Positions 11,731 to 24,799 of a stretch of 64,000 nt of DNA are shown piece after piece. The stretch is from Lama guanicoe (taxonomy: Eukaryota), in assembly GCA_013239625.1 (NCBI GenBank), contig MU053881.1:4361957-4425956 (forward strand), given 5' to 3'. Position 1 is the stretch's first letter. Each line of letters starts with the position of its first letter. The notes below the pieces were generated by a model. That model was not told the DNA's origin. It saw nothing but the letters and a program-made list of their open reading frames with translations, and ran no database searches. The position numbers and the translations under genes are program-made.

Positions 11731-12431
11731 CACAGAACCTTTTGAACTGTCTCTATAACACTCCACTACCCAAAATTATTTTGCTTATTCGTTTGTTTGC
11801 TAACTTGATTTCCATGCCCCTCCAGGAGTCTCCTTGGATGCAGGAAACTTGCCTGTTTGGTTCGTGGTTGTTATCACAGTTGATGGCAGGTGCTTCATAA
11901 ACATTTTTTTAAAGGGTGAATGAATGAATGAGTAACACTGCAGATGGGCCAGTCTGTTGGGCACAAGACTAGTCACTTCTAAAATGAGGACATGTCTGAA
12001 ACACTAAAATGTTGACAGGCATTCACAGACATTATTTAAATTTTTTTCCTCTTTAAAAACGCAAATTTAAATCAAAAATGACATCCATACCTCAGTCCAT
12101 GGAAACGAATAATGGCTGCCCAATCATTAAAGCATCGGGAAGTTGGAGAAATCAGAGAAATATTCTGCCGATGGTCAGCGTGTCTGCGCTGCTGGTCAGG
12201 GCAGGTGAAGGGGGGCGGTCCTGGGACAAGGGCCCAGTCTCCCCTCCCCGAAGTGAGCACATCTCTTTGCTGGCCCTGATCATCTGGACTTCCGTGAGGA
12301 GGAAGATGCTTCAGGAGAGACAGCAGCCCCTTAAACCCCAATGAAACTACCGTGTCAGGGCAGCAAGGCTGGGGCACGTCCCCAATGCCCCTCCTTACGC
12401 GTGTATGTGCACATGCGTGTGCAATATTGTA

Positions 12432-13178
12432 TGTGATACTGTGCTTTATAATAAATATATATTTGGTCTTCATCCCTGTTTCTGGCACAGAGCTCCTAAA
12501 ACCCTTAGAATTCCCCAAAGGATGCAGCAGTCTTTGGAGTTCATAACACGCCCCTTTCAACCACACCTGAGTTTGCTAATGAGGTGACTTTTGGAAAGCC
12601 CCTGAGGATGGAGGCTGGTTGTCAGGGAAACCAACCAGGATTAGAGGGTTGGAATTTTCAGGCTCACTCCCCGCCCCCCACCCAAGCTGCCATAATGAAG
12701 CCTCCATAAAACCCCAAAAGGATGGGGTTCAGAGAACTTCCGGTTGGTGAACACGTGGAGGTGCAGGGAGAGCGGTGCCCTCCCGGAGGGGCGTGGAAGC
12801 CCCTTCCCCAGCGCCTTCCCCTAGGCATCTCTTCCGTCTGGCTGTTCCTGAGTTATTTTTTCTAATGAACTAGTAAACTAGTAAGAACAATGTTTTCCCG
12901 ATTTCTGTGAGCTGCTCAAGCAGATTAATGAGACCCCAAGGAGAGAGAATCATGGGTTCTGATTTATAGCTGACAGATCGGAAGCACACGTGACAGCCTG
13001 GACTTGCGATTGGCATCTGCAAGGGAGGGTGGACTGTCTTGGAAGACTAAGCCCTTAGCCTGTGGGATCTCACGCTATTTCCAGTTAGATGGTGTCAGAA
13101 TTGAATTACATAATAGAACTTTCACTCGGTGTCCACTGAGTTTTGAGTTAATTGCCTGGTAGTGTTGGAAAATACACT
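12432..13178 (+). mobile_element. MER21-family LTR (copy 1)
   Basis: 'tgtgatactgtgctttataataaatatatatttggtcttcatccctgtttctggcacagagctcctaaaaccctt...ttagagggttggaattttcag...ggacttgcgattggcatctg...gtgtcagaattgaatt'. Confidence 0.8.
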
Positions 13179-13256
13179 ATGGAATGTGTATGTGTGTGTA
13201 TGAGTATGTGTGTGTACGTTTGTGGATGTGACTGCAAAGTGTGTATGTGTGTGTGA

Positions 13257-15880
13257 GGGCTGCGTGGGCCAGGCCCCATTCCTAACAGCGAGGAGCCTTT
13301 ACTACTGACAGAGACACCAGCAGATTTCAACACTCTGATTTCCTCATCTTCCTTTCCCAGCATGTGGCCCACTGCTCCGTGACGCAGTAACAGTCAGGGA
13401 GCAGAGGTCAGGGGATGAGGTGCGTAAGGAGCTAGACTTCACCTGCTGCTTGTGCGACCACATCACCTCTCCACTGCTCCCTTAGCATCCCTTGGCAATC
13501 TCCCTCTGTGCCGCACAGAGACCTGAGCAGTCTTTTTAAAGTGTAAAACGGCTACAGTCTTTTCGTGGTTTCCCACTGTTCTTAGAATAGAAGTTGCACA
13601 CCCTACCCTAGCCTACGAGGTCCCATGCGATGCTGCCCTTGCTTGCCTCTCCCATGTGATCCCACTCCACCAGGAGATCAGCCTACTCACTCACCACGGT
13701 TTGGCCAAGCAAGCTGGGTCCTGTTTTCGCCTCACTCTGATCAAATGTTCCTTCTCCAGAAAGGCCTTCCCCAATCATCTTTAGGTAAATTAGACTTCCC
13801 CTGCTAGCATATAACCTTTTTAAAAAAAATCAGTAATTTTTACTGGGGTAAAATATGCATAATACGAGATTTACCATTTTAACCATTTTTTAAGTGTAAG
13901 CTACAGTCACAATTTTGTGCGACCATCACCACCATCCCTCTCTGGAACCTTCATTATCCCCAAAAAAGAACTCTGCATCCACTAAACCTTAATTCCCCAT
14001 CCCCTTCCTCTCCCAGCCCCAGTCACCTCTATTCTAATTTCTCTTTCTACGAATGTGCCTGTTCTAAATACCTCATTTCAGTGGAATCAACTGGTATTTC
14101 TCCTTTTGGGCCTGCCTTATTTCATACGGCGTAATGTCTTCAAAGGTTCATCCATGTTGTAGCTTGAGTCAGAATTTCCTTCCTTTTTAAGGCTGAATAG
14201 TATTCCACTGTGTGTATATTTCACATGTTGGTTATTCACTCGTCGGTTGCTGGTGATGTGTCATTTCCACCTTTTGGCTACTCTGAATAATGCTGCTATG
14301 AACACTGGCATACAACCATCTGTTAAGAGTCCCTGCTTTCAATTATTTGGGGTATCACAGAACCTTTTGAACTGTCTCTATAACACTCCACTACCCAAAA
14401 TTATTTTGCTTATTCGTTTGTTTGCTAACTTGATTTCCATGCCCCTCCAGGAGTCTCCTTGGATGCAGGAAACTTGCCTGTTTGGTTCGCGGTTGTTATC
14501 ACAGTTGATGGCAGGTGCTCCATAAACATTTTTTTAAAGGGTGAATGAATGAATGAGTAACACTGCAGATGGGCCAGTCTGTTGGGCACAAGACTAGTCA
14601 CTTCTAAAATGAGGACATGTCTGAAACACTAAAATGTTGACAGGCATTCACAGACATTATTTAAATTTTTTTCCTCTTTAAAAACGCAAATTTAAATCAA
14701 AAATGACATCCATACCTCAGTCCATGGAAACGAATAATGGCTGCCCAATCATTAAAGCATCGGGAAGTTGGAGAAATCAGAGAAATATTCTGCCGATGGT
14801 CAGCGTGTCTGCGCTGCTGGTCAGGGCAGGTGAAGGGGGGCGGTCCTGGGACAAGGGCCCAGTCTCCCCTCCCCGAAGTGAGCACATCTCTTTGCTGGCC
14901 CTGATCATCTGGACTTCCGTGAGGAGGAAGATGCTTCAGGAGAGACAGCAGCCCCTTAAACCCCAATGAAACCACCGTGTCAGGGCAGCAAGGCTGGGGC
15001 ACGTCCCCAGTGCCCCTCCTTACGCGTGTATGTGCACGTGCGTGTGCGATATTGTATGTGATACTGTGCTTTATAATAAATATATATTTGGTCTTCATCC
15101 CTGTTTCTGGCACAGAGCTCCTAAAACCCTTAGAATTCCCCAAAGGATGCAGCAGTCTTTGGAGTTCATAACACGCCCCTTTCAACCACACCTGAGTTTG
15201 CTAATGAGGTGACTTTTGGAAAGCCCCTGAGGATGGAGGCTGGTTGTCAGGGAAACCAACCAGGATTAGAGGGTTGGAATTTTCAGGCTCACTCCCCGCC
15301 CCCCACCCAAGCTGCCATAATGAAGCCTCCATAAAACCCCAAAAGGATGGGGTTCAGAGAACTTCCGGTTGGTGAACACGTGGAGGTGCAGGGAGAGCGG
15401 TGCCCTCCCGGAGGGGCGTGGAAGCCCCTTCCCCAGCGCCTTCCCCTAGGCATCTCTTCCGTCTGGCTGTTCCTGAGTTATTTTTTCTAATGAACTAGTA
15501 AACTAGTAAGAACAATGTTTTCCCGATTTCTGTGAGCTGCTCAAGCAGATTAATGAGACCCCAAGGAGAGAGAATCATGGGTTCTGATTTATAGCTGACA
15601 GATCGGAAGCACACGTGACAGCCTGGACTTGCGATTGGCATCTGCAAGGGAGGGTGGACTGTCTTGGAAGACTAAGCCCTTAGCCTGTGGGATCTCACGC
15701 TATTTCCAGTTAGATGGTGTCAGAATTGAATTACATAATAGAACTTTCACTCGGTGTCCACTGAGTTTTGAGTTAATTGCCTGGTAGTGTTGGAAAATAC
15801 ACTATGGAATGTGTATGTGTGTGTATGAGTATGTGTGTGTACGTTTGTGGATGTGACTGCAAAGTGTGTATGTGTGTGTG
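13257..15880 (+). repeat. Tandem segmental duplication, copy 2
   Basis: See copy 1. Junction ...gtgtgtgtg-a-gggctgcgtgggcc at 13256. Confidence 0.97.
15057..15803 (+). mobile_element. MER21-family LTR (copy 2, arising from the tandem duplication)
   Basis: Identical by eye to 12432-13178. Confidence 0.8.
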
Positions 15881-16833
15881 TGTGGGGGGGTGTATTTAAC
15901 TGCATAATCTTCGGTCTCAGATCCAGTTCTGATTGAACTGGGCCACTTATAAACTTGAGACACTGGATAAGTCGCTTAAACTCTCTAAGCCTCTGGTTCT
16001 TTCGTCCATAAAACCAGATAAATAGAAACTCTCTGGCTGGGGACCTGTGAATTAAATGAGGCCACGGGGCCTGGCTCACGGTCAGTGCCAAGAAATGATG
16101 GTTGTCACTTTCGTCTTTTTCACTTTATTACTCAAATTCTTGGCCAAGAAGTCTGTTGTCGGTCACCAACAAGTTAAGCTCAACAAACTCTCCTCTGTTT
16201 CTATTCAGCTGGGGGTAGAGCACAAAGAGGGGACATTTGTGGAAGGAATGAGAGAAGATCTGATGCACAAACACATGGCAGTGCGGCACATTTTCTAGAT
16301 GTCCTCTGTGTTGTGTGTCCGTTTCCTCACTGAATCCTCAGCTGGGCCCTGTGATACCGGCTCAGCCGGTGAGGCCGCTGGGGAGACCATCCCAGGCAGA
16401 GGAGCCAGGACCCAGCACAACCGAAGGCCCGAGGAAGCGAGAAAAAGGACGCGTGTGATTCTGGAGCGCAGAGCGAATGGATGCAAAGAGGGAAGGTGAG
16501 CGAGGAGCGGATGACACAAGGGTCTGAAAGCCACACTGAGTAGTCTGGGATTTCTCCTAAGGCTGAGGGTTTTAAACAAGGAAATGAGGTCAGATGTGAG
16601 CTTAAGCAGAATGACTTTTGTACATCCAATAAAAATAAACCTACAGTTATTCCAAGGAAGAATCCAGGAGAAACAGCAGTGGCCTGGGCTGGGAAGGATG
16701 TCTCTGGGAAGTGTGTCTGAGGAAGCAACAACTCCCGGGGGGGGGGACCTGCTGGGTCCTCACGCTGACCACACCTGCCACAGCACCCTGGTCTCTAGGA
16801 GGTGGGCGTGGGCCGGGGGCTGGGACCCAGCAG

Positions 16834-16864
<31 letters not shown>

Positions 16865-17499
16865 CCCCTTGCCGCCTGGAGCCCGTTGGTCTGCGCTGCA
16901 GGCGGAGTTCCAGGAACCCACACAGAAGTCAGTGGAGGGTCTGAGCACGGAGGCCACAGGGCCTCCTGGAGAAGGGAGGTCACCAGAAGTGCGGGCACCG
17001 CAGCCACTGGGAACACTGGGAACTTGTACCATGTCAGGTTTATGGATGGGGGGTTACTTTATGTTTTGTGCCCCTATATTCACTCTTCCTTTCTCCAGTG
17101 CAAACAGGTAGCCCCTTGTGATACACAGAAGATGGCCAATGATAGCCTGCCTCCTTGGCTTCTGTATTCAAAAGCCTGAACCTGAGGTTATTACCCTACA
17201 GGGAAGAGAGGATGTCAAGTGCCTCTGAGTGCAGTAAGACAGAGGGGAGCTTCCCCATGATGGGGAAGGGGGTGGAGGCTGGGGGCACATTTAACTGAGG
17301 CCAGAGGTGCCTTCCTCTAGGGGGCCACACAGGAGGGACCAGGGGGAGACCAACAGCAGCCATGGCTGGAAGATTGCCCTGGTGACCCATTTCAGACGAG
17401 AGTCTACCATACTGGGGGCTGCGCTAAGGTAGACGGGGCCACTCAACTTGCTGACAACTGAGATCAAATTTCCAGTCACCTCGACAAGAAGGTGGACTC

Positions 17500-18340
17500 A
17501 GGGTCCGATTTAATTAGACTTCAAGGAAATAAAGTAATGCAACATTTCTTACCCGGTCAAACTGATGGAGTAGGAATTACACCCGCCGTATGTATTAATG
17601 GGACATAATCATCACACTGAGGTTTTCATCAGGAACTGTGTGGTTGCCTGGAACAGACTTTAACTTGGCAAAGTTCACATCAAAGGGAGCTGGTCACCAA
17701 GACCTGGGGCAACCTCCAGACGTGAGCTGCAGGAAGTTTGCTGGGCTTCAGGGGAGCCAACGCCTTCTTTCCGCGTCTCTCTGAGCACATGCTCCCCTCC
17801 CACTGGCAGATCCCCATCATCCGCAGGTTTTCTCTCCCTGCTCCAGCTCTGGTCCAGCTCTCCATCATGCCCTGGGGAGGCAGGAGCATGAAATGATGAA
17901 GACCTAGGTCGTATCCTATCTATGGAACTTGGTTCCTACATTTGCTGATTGAGGAATATTATCAATAAACGGCAACAATGTAGACAAATTCTACCCCCAC
18001 GTCCCTCCTTCTCCCTTCCCCGCTAAATATATCCAGTGTGTCTATATTATCGATGAGAGGCCCATAAAAAAGACTGTAAATAAGAGCTCGACCTAATGGC
18101 AGATATATGCTCATATGGTCTCAATGGAAGTCCTCCGCAGTATTCAGACCCCACGTAGATTCATTTCTTATATCCTTTATATTTTGTGCCGGTTCCAAGA
18201 AACACTATTTCATCACGAGTAGGACTTGTTTGGAATTTCTTACTGGGATTTCAGTATATAACATATTGTGTTTACATGAACAAAATAAAATGGTTTCTTC
18301 TACAAATACTTTCCAAGTATTTTCAATAGGTGTATGATGG
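17500..18340. promoter_or_regulatory. Repeat-free candidate enhancer / conserved non-coding block
   Basis: No recognisable TE. Motifs: TCF/LEF ACATCAAAGG (17677), CAAAGTTCA (17669), ATCGAT (18049), CCCATAAAA (18061), forkhead TGTAAATA (18075) and TGTTTAC (18269). Confidence 0.35.
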
Positions 18341-20221
18341 GAAATATATTTTTAATTTTTTTTCGCCTGAGAACTGGGCTATATCTCAACCAACTGCATA
18401 CCGTAACATGCCAAATATAGTAATTCACTGAATCTCAGTTTCCCTACCTGTAAAATGGGAATGCTAATAGAGCCTACTTTGCAGGGTGATGTGAGAATGA
18501 AATAAAGTTCACTGGGGAACAAGTTTGCAACAATGTTAGTTATTCTTCTTCATAGAATATTGCAGCTACAGGCTTCATCTTTCTAAGTGATCCAGGGCCT
18601 GGATCTCTTGGTTTAAATTCTGCAAAGAACCGACCTGATTGCTATGGAATATGTCTCTCCAGGGCCAGGAATCCTCTGAAATCTGGTCCGATTAGCTTGG
18701 ACAGGGCAGAGAGGTCATGAGGCACAAACATGGCCGTCTAGGCCACTCATGTGGCTGGTGGGGAGGGTGTTTGCTGAGAAACTAACTGGTTGGGTAGCTT
18801 TGCAATGACACGTGTGTCTGGAATCAACAGTCAGAGGGATTTAGAGTCCCAGAGCTGGAAAAGCAATTGAGATCATCTGGCCCAGTCGCTCCAATTTTAT
18901 AGGTTTAGATACCGAGGCTCTAAGTAACACAGTGACCTACTTGAGGTCACACAGTGAACTGGAGGCAGAGGCTGCTCCAAAAATGCAGTTTCCTTCCTAC
19001 CCATCCAGCGGGGCAGGAGCACCGACGGGCGTGGAAGGGAGCGGTAGCTGACCCTCCCTCCAAACCCCCTTCCAGGAGCCTGGGAGTTTGTCCTGTCGAC
19101 AGCCTCAAAGCCTAGGCTGCAGGAAGTATTCAGCCTCCTGGCCCTTTGCTGCCCAACCCTGGCTACCGGATTAACCAGATTCCACCCATTCCACCCAGCC
19201 AAGCAGGTCTGACCGGCATCTGTGCTCTTTCCTCTGCACCTTTGCTCAGTGAGCAGCTTCCTTTACCTGGAAGGCCCTCCTCTCCACCCATCTGAGTTCC
19301 ACTGATGGCCTCCGGCAGATGTTCCCTAGGGCATGCCCCATCACACCCTGACCTCCCAATTCCTGTGTCTTTCCCTTTCTCGTCTGCCCCAGCCAAGGAG
19401 CACATAATCACATAGTCCCTGCTGATTTTAATTTCCTTATGTGTTCTCTCTCGAGCTTAGAAACATTCCCGACACATTTTGCTTCGGCGAAGCACCCAGT
19501 GCTCAGTAAATATTTGTTGAAGGAGTGAGTGAGTAGGTGAGTGAGTGATTGGGCAAGCAAACAAGTGAATGACAGAAGTGATGGTCAGTGGGACCCCTCC
19601 TGCCCTCAGAACCCTGTGAGTTGGACCAGCAGCAGCCTTCTTGGGCCCCGGATTTCCTGGGAAAGGTGGCGAAGGCCCTGGTTTACCCGGGGACAGCAGC
19701 TGGTCAGGGAGGACTCGCCGGGATGGGTCAGGCTGGGAGTTCCACCAGCCACTGCCCACTGAGACTTACAAAGACCCTGTCATCACACCCATTTCACCAA
19801 TGAGGAAACTAATTAAGCCGGGTTTACCGGAGAGCAGAGTCAGAGAGGTGGGTGACTGGCCCAAGGCCACTCAGAGACCAGTTGGGGAACCTCCTTTCCC
19901 CGCCTCCTCTCTGACTAACCGCCTCCTTTCCACTGCCCTGCAGGGAACTCCCCTTCTAGAGGGTCGGCTCTTGGTTTCCACACATGCCCTTCTTTATTTG
20001 GCCGCCCAGCCTCTGCTCAGGACGTCCCCCCGACCTTGCCTGAATGCCCTTTCCCCACCTCAACTTTCCAAGGCCCTGGCCTGGCAGGACCCAGCCCAAA
20101 TCTCGCTTCATCTTGAAACTTCCCCAGGTCTCCTCCAATCTGAATCAACTTCTCCATCCTCCGCAAAGAATCTCTCTCTATATCATGCTCTGATTTAATA
20201 CTTCCTTAAATCAGAATACAA

Positions 20222-20374
20222 GGAGCCGAGGGTACAGCTCAAGTGGTAGAGCACATGATCAGCATATACAAGGTCCTGGATTCAATCCCCAGTACCTCCT
20301 ATAGAAATAAATAAATAAGCAAACCTTATTACCACCCCCCCACCACAAAAATAAATAAATACTAAAAAAAAAAA
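20222..20374 (+). mobile_element. tRNA-derived SINE (Vic-1-like)
   Basis: 'gagggtacagctcaagtggtagagcacatgatcagcatatacaaggtcctggattcaatccccagtacctcc' followed by an 'aaataaataa...accttattaccacccccc...aaaa' tail. Confidence 0.9.
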
Positions 20375-21439
20375 GTTAAAAATTAAAAACGGCCATAGGC
20401 AGTTAATTAGGCAATTGTAATAAACAGCTTAGAGTGATGATAGGAAAAGCCCTCTTCATGGATGATTATGGGGCAAAAAATATATATAAGTGTTTGGCAC
20501 ATCGTGGAAGCTCAGACCATACTTTCTGGGGTGAAACGGTGTTCCACAAATTTTGGCAGACTGACGGTGTGAGTGACTGAGCAAACAGGTGCCCCACCTC
20601 TCACTGGCGCGGAGAGGACTCACTTCAGTGCGCTGGCCCGCGAAGTTCCCAGCAGGCAGCGGGGCCCCCAGCAGGTGCCTGTAACCTGCTCACTGGCATG
20701 AACTGGTCTCAGGCAACGCCGTCCCCTAGGCCACGCCCAGCCTGCATAGCTGAGCTTCCTGAACGGGGCGAACGCCAACACAAGGGCCCCAGCGGGCCGG
20801 GTGCCAGGGAGCTGCACCAGAAGGGGACAGAGTCTGTGGCCCTGCCCGCCCACCCTCAGCCCTGCCAGCTCAGTGGCTGTCCTCACTGCTCCGGCTGCCC
20901 TGGGCCGAGGTTTGGGGAAGAAAAAGGAGGGAAAAAATCAAGTTCAACCAGATGACTGAGCTGTTCTTTTAATCAACACTGGTAGAGCCCTGGGGCTGGG
21001 GTCATGAGGCGTGGCTGCAAACTAGGCCAGGGTGACTTGTGGTTCTAAGAGCACAGGCCTCAGATCTGGGTTCAGAAGTACTGATCTGGGAGGGGACCAG
21101 TTGCTGTGACCCTGGGCCAGGCCATCTCCATCTCTGAGGCTCAGATGTCTCACTTACAAAATGCAAACAATACATTGCCATATGCTAAGCCACACAGATA
21201 CTGACTCGGGACAAGTTTTTACCCTTGTGAGACGTAACAGGAAAGATAATGACAATGACATGTACATATCTGTATGTGCAGATCTCTCTCTGTCACCGTA
21301 TGTAGACAGACAGATAGACATAGACAGTGACACAGACATCACCATGATAGGTTTCCAATTGCCCTCCCTTAAGAAGGATCGGCCTTTATTCTGAGAAAAT
21401 ATCTTTCCTCTATTTTTATTATTTGGGGGTTGAAAAGGC

Positions 21440-21820
21440 TAAGGGCCTTTGTTCTTCGGTTCCCCCTGCCTGGAATCCTTCACCCACCCATCTGTCCACC
21501 CACGAACTCACTCCCTGATTAGTTTCAGAACTTTACTCGAACATCAGCTCAGGAACACCTTCCCTGACCCCTATTTAAAATTACAGCCCATCTGAGATGT
21601 GCGCTGTCCCCCTCCCCCGACCTGGTTTTCCTCCATGGTCCTCACCGCCATCGGACCCATTATTTATTTCCTGGTTTGGTCCATTGTCTGTCTTTCACCA
21701 AGAGGGCAGGGATGTCTGTCTGCCTCGTTCATAGCTATATTCCAGGACCTAAAATAGTGCCTGGTACCTAGTCGGCCCTCAGTAAATATATGCCATGTGA
21801 ATAAACAATTGAATGAATAT
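21440..21820 (+). mobile_element. L2 LINE 3' fragment
   Basis: 'ccccctgcctggaat...accttccctgacc...agggcagggatgtctgtctg...atagtgcctggtacctagt...ctcagtaaatat...ttgaatgaat'. Confidence 0.75.
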
Positions 21821-24799
21821 TTGTTTTTTAATATGTTTCTTCGACAAGATTCCAGGTGAGCCACTCACTTTTCAGCTCCCCAAACTGAGCATTGGAATTT
21901 TGCTGGTCTAGGAAATCTTTAAATCCCTGAGTAAATGTAAGTAAAAGTTTTGATAAAAGTCCCTAAATGTTAATAATGATGCCCCTGGTCCCCCTGTTCC
22001 TCTCCCCCGTCTCTTCCCCTCCCTCCCTCTCTCCTCCATCCTTATCTGTCCCTCACCAGGACTGTCCCCAGCCCAGCAGAACTCACAGGAACCCTCTGGT
22101 CTCTCGATTTGCCTAATTCACTTATTTTCTTTAAAAATCTTGATTGCAGGCCTGGCTTGGGAGAACCAACCAGGCTGTAAACAGGCTTGTAATGAAAGCA
22201 GGCCTGCCCAGGAGACCTGGAAACCTGTATCGGCAAGCCTGATCGAGATCTGACTGCGTTTACGATCCCAGGTCACAGATGAAATAAATGGAAGGTTTCT
22301 GCTGGTTTGCTTACTTCTCAATTCTGGGCCTGCTGTTCAGGGAAGTCCAGGTGCTCAATTCTGAGGATCCCTGTGGCCCTGGAAGTGCGGCACCAGGCAG
22401 GAAGGCCTCGGGAAGCTGCTGAGCAACACCCGTTGGCCTGAGGAAGGGCAGGATCGGTGTTAGGACCCTGGGCCAGAGCCAGAAGGAAGGTCAGAGGTGA
22501 AATAGACCCTGTCATTTTTGCAGCTGGGAGACTGAGGTCCACAGAATTCTGGGACTGACTTGAGATCTCACTTGGAAGAAAGAAAACCAAGAACCTGATG
22601 TTTTTTTCCCGATTCCCTGTCCAGCACCCACTGACCAGGGCAAAAGGGACTTCAGCCCTGGGCCTGGCAGTTCAGAAGACCCCCCCTCTGGCCCTCTTCC
22701 TCTCCCATAAGTGAGGAGTCTTGGGGGACAAGAAGATGTGCCCAGTTGGAGCCCATGCACCTCCCCTCCAGGTGACCCTCCAGGTTCCCAGGAGTCTGGG
22801 ATTCCTGGTTAAACGTCCCGGCCCGCTTCTCAGGCCTCGGCAGGCCTCTGCCCCATCCCACCTTCCCTAGGGTGGGGCACGAGGCCAGTGGGTGCTACTT
22901 GCTGGGGGGAGGGTAGGGGAGGAGCGATGTGTGGGCTGCTGCCCGGAGGCCCCTCACAGCGCAAGAAGACACGGAGGATGGGAAGGCAGCTGCCACATGC
23001 TGGTGTAAGACTGAGGAGTTTGATCTCATCCCAGGTCATTAGGAAGCCCTGTCACATTAGACAATAGAACCCATTTCATTAGCAGTTTATTTGCTTGGGT
23101 TATAACTTTTGAAATGTGAAGACTGTGGTTTGTGACCCAATCTGGGATGAATCTGATGTCCGGCGTATCCGTCACGGCTCAGGGCAGCATCCAGCACAGG
23201 GAGAGGCAACCCCCAGGCTCCTCTGAGGAAGGCGCTGGGAGAAGTGAGGGAGCGTGGCACCCTCCCCCTCACGCAGGCGCTTTGCATACCGCATCTAGGG
23301 CCACCCACATGTCACCTTTTCAGCTGAGGGAGCTCAGGCCCACAAGGCTTTGGCCAAGGTCACACGGCCAGGAACAGATGGCCAAAGGGCTCTCACCTTT
23401 CCCAAACAAACAGCAAGATAGTTTTGAAAGGACAAAAGGAGGGGACAGAAAGAGAGGTGTCTGGCCCTCCCGGCAGACCCCTTCAGCATGAGCAGGCTGT
23501 CCTGGCTGGGCGTCTGCTTGGCTGCTTGACCCGGCCAGCTGGGATGGGCAGGGGTCATGTGCCTCTCTTCCTGCCTACTGCTATGGTCTAAACATCCACC
23601 ATGCCGTGACTTTCTGATGAAATACCCAAACCAGACGCCTCTATGGTCCCTCCCCCATTTAGAACGTCTAAACCCTGGTCCCATCCACTGCTCCAGTTTT
23701 CTCTCTTCCCATCTCCTTCCCCTGTGCCCTGGGCTCCAGTAACAGCTTCCTAAGCCACCTTTTGCTTTTGCACATGCTACTTCCCCTGGGGATGCCCTCT
23801 CCCTCCTTCCTCCAACCAGCTAGCAATTTCTCCTTCCAGAGCCAGCTGAGTCCCCATCCATCCCCCTGGCTGTGCCCCTCCCAGAGGCCCCCAGGCTGTC
23901 TCCTCTGTGCCTTCTCAGGACTCGGCCTTCCTTGTATAAAAGGACTCCACCTGCAGGCTGATTGCTACCTGCCGGTCTCCTAGAGTAACTCCTGAGCAGC
24001 TGGGGGCCAGGGACTGGATCTCATTCTCCTCTCTGTGCCCCTGAGCAGCTTGGCCTGGAATGCAGTAGGTGCTCAGGAGAGGTCAGCTGAGGGCAGGAGC
24101 CCCGCTTCCAAAGGGTGTGCTCTCAGCGTGACCTTATTTGCTATTTACTGAGCGAGGAGGACTGGCCAGAACAGCTATAATTATCCCCATTTTATCACTC
24201 TGGAGGCTGAGAACCACTTGACCATGCTCATCTCTGGGGGCTGGGACAGCTGTAAAGCAGCCCCCATCGCTCCCCTGCTCAGCTGGGGGCAGGGGAGCCA
24301 CACTGCACCGGCCACATGCTGCCCAACCCCACATGCTGCCCAACCGAAGTGCAAGGTGGCAGGTGACCGGTTTCTCAACAATTGCCAGACTTTGCCCCAG
24401 GGCGAGGAGGAAGGGTGAAATGCGAGAGCAGGGGTAAGGAGGCCAGAGACCCTCCCTCTCCCAGGGCCTGGCAGAGGTCCAGGCTTGGGGCATTTCCAGG
24501 CAGGAGCTGGGTCCAACCCCAGGGACACACTAATGCAGGGCTGCGGAGGAGGGGAAAGGTCGATTGCAAAACCCCATGTGTGGTAGCCTAGCCGCCGGCT
24601 GCTGAGTCATGTTCCTGAGGCCAGTCGAGGACTAAAGTCGGGGACTGCAGGCCTAAACCACCTGGTGAGCACTGACCCTGCTGCTTCGCTAGCCTTCCAC
24701 ATCCAGGCCCCCCCTGGGCTCTGTGAACCCCCTTCTGTAGGGCACAGCTGTTGTTTTTCATTTTCTCCCAGCGCACCCCGCTTCCTTGGGGTGACAGCA

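Larger units (their letters stand above)
10632..13255 (+). repeat. Tandem segmental duplication, copy 1 (2,624 bp)
   Basis: Matches 13257-15880 at offset 2625 with 9 substitutions found by eye and no indels; duplicated ORFs appear in the ORF track. Confidence 0.97.

Noticed and set aside
12072..15191. Duplicated 164-aa ORFs (12072-12566 and 14697-15191, minus strand) as a gene pair
   Set aside because: They start inside a MER21 LTR, have no recognisable domain, and are similar only because of the tandem duplication.
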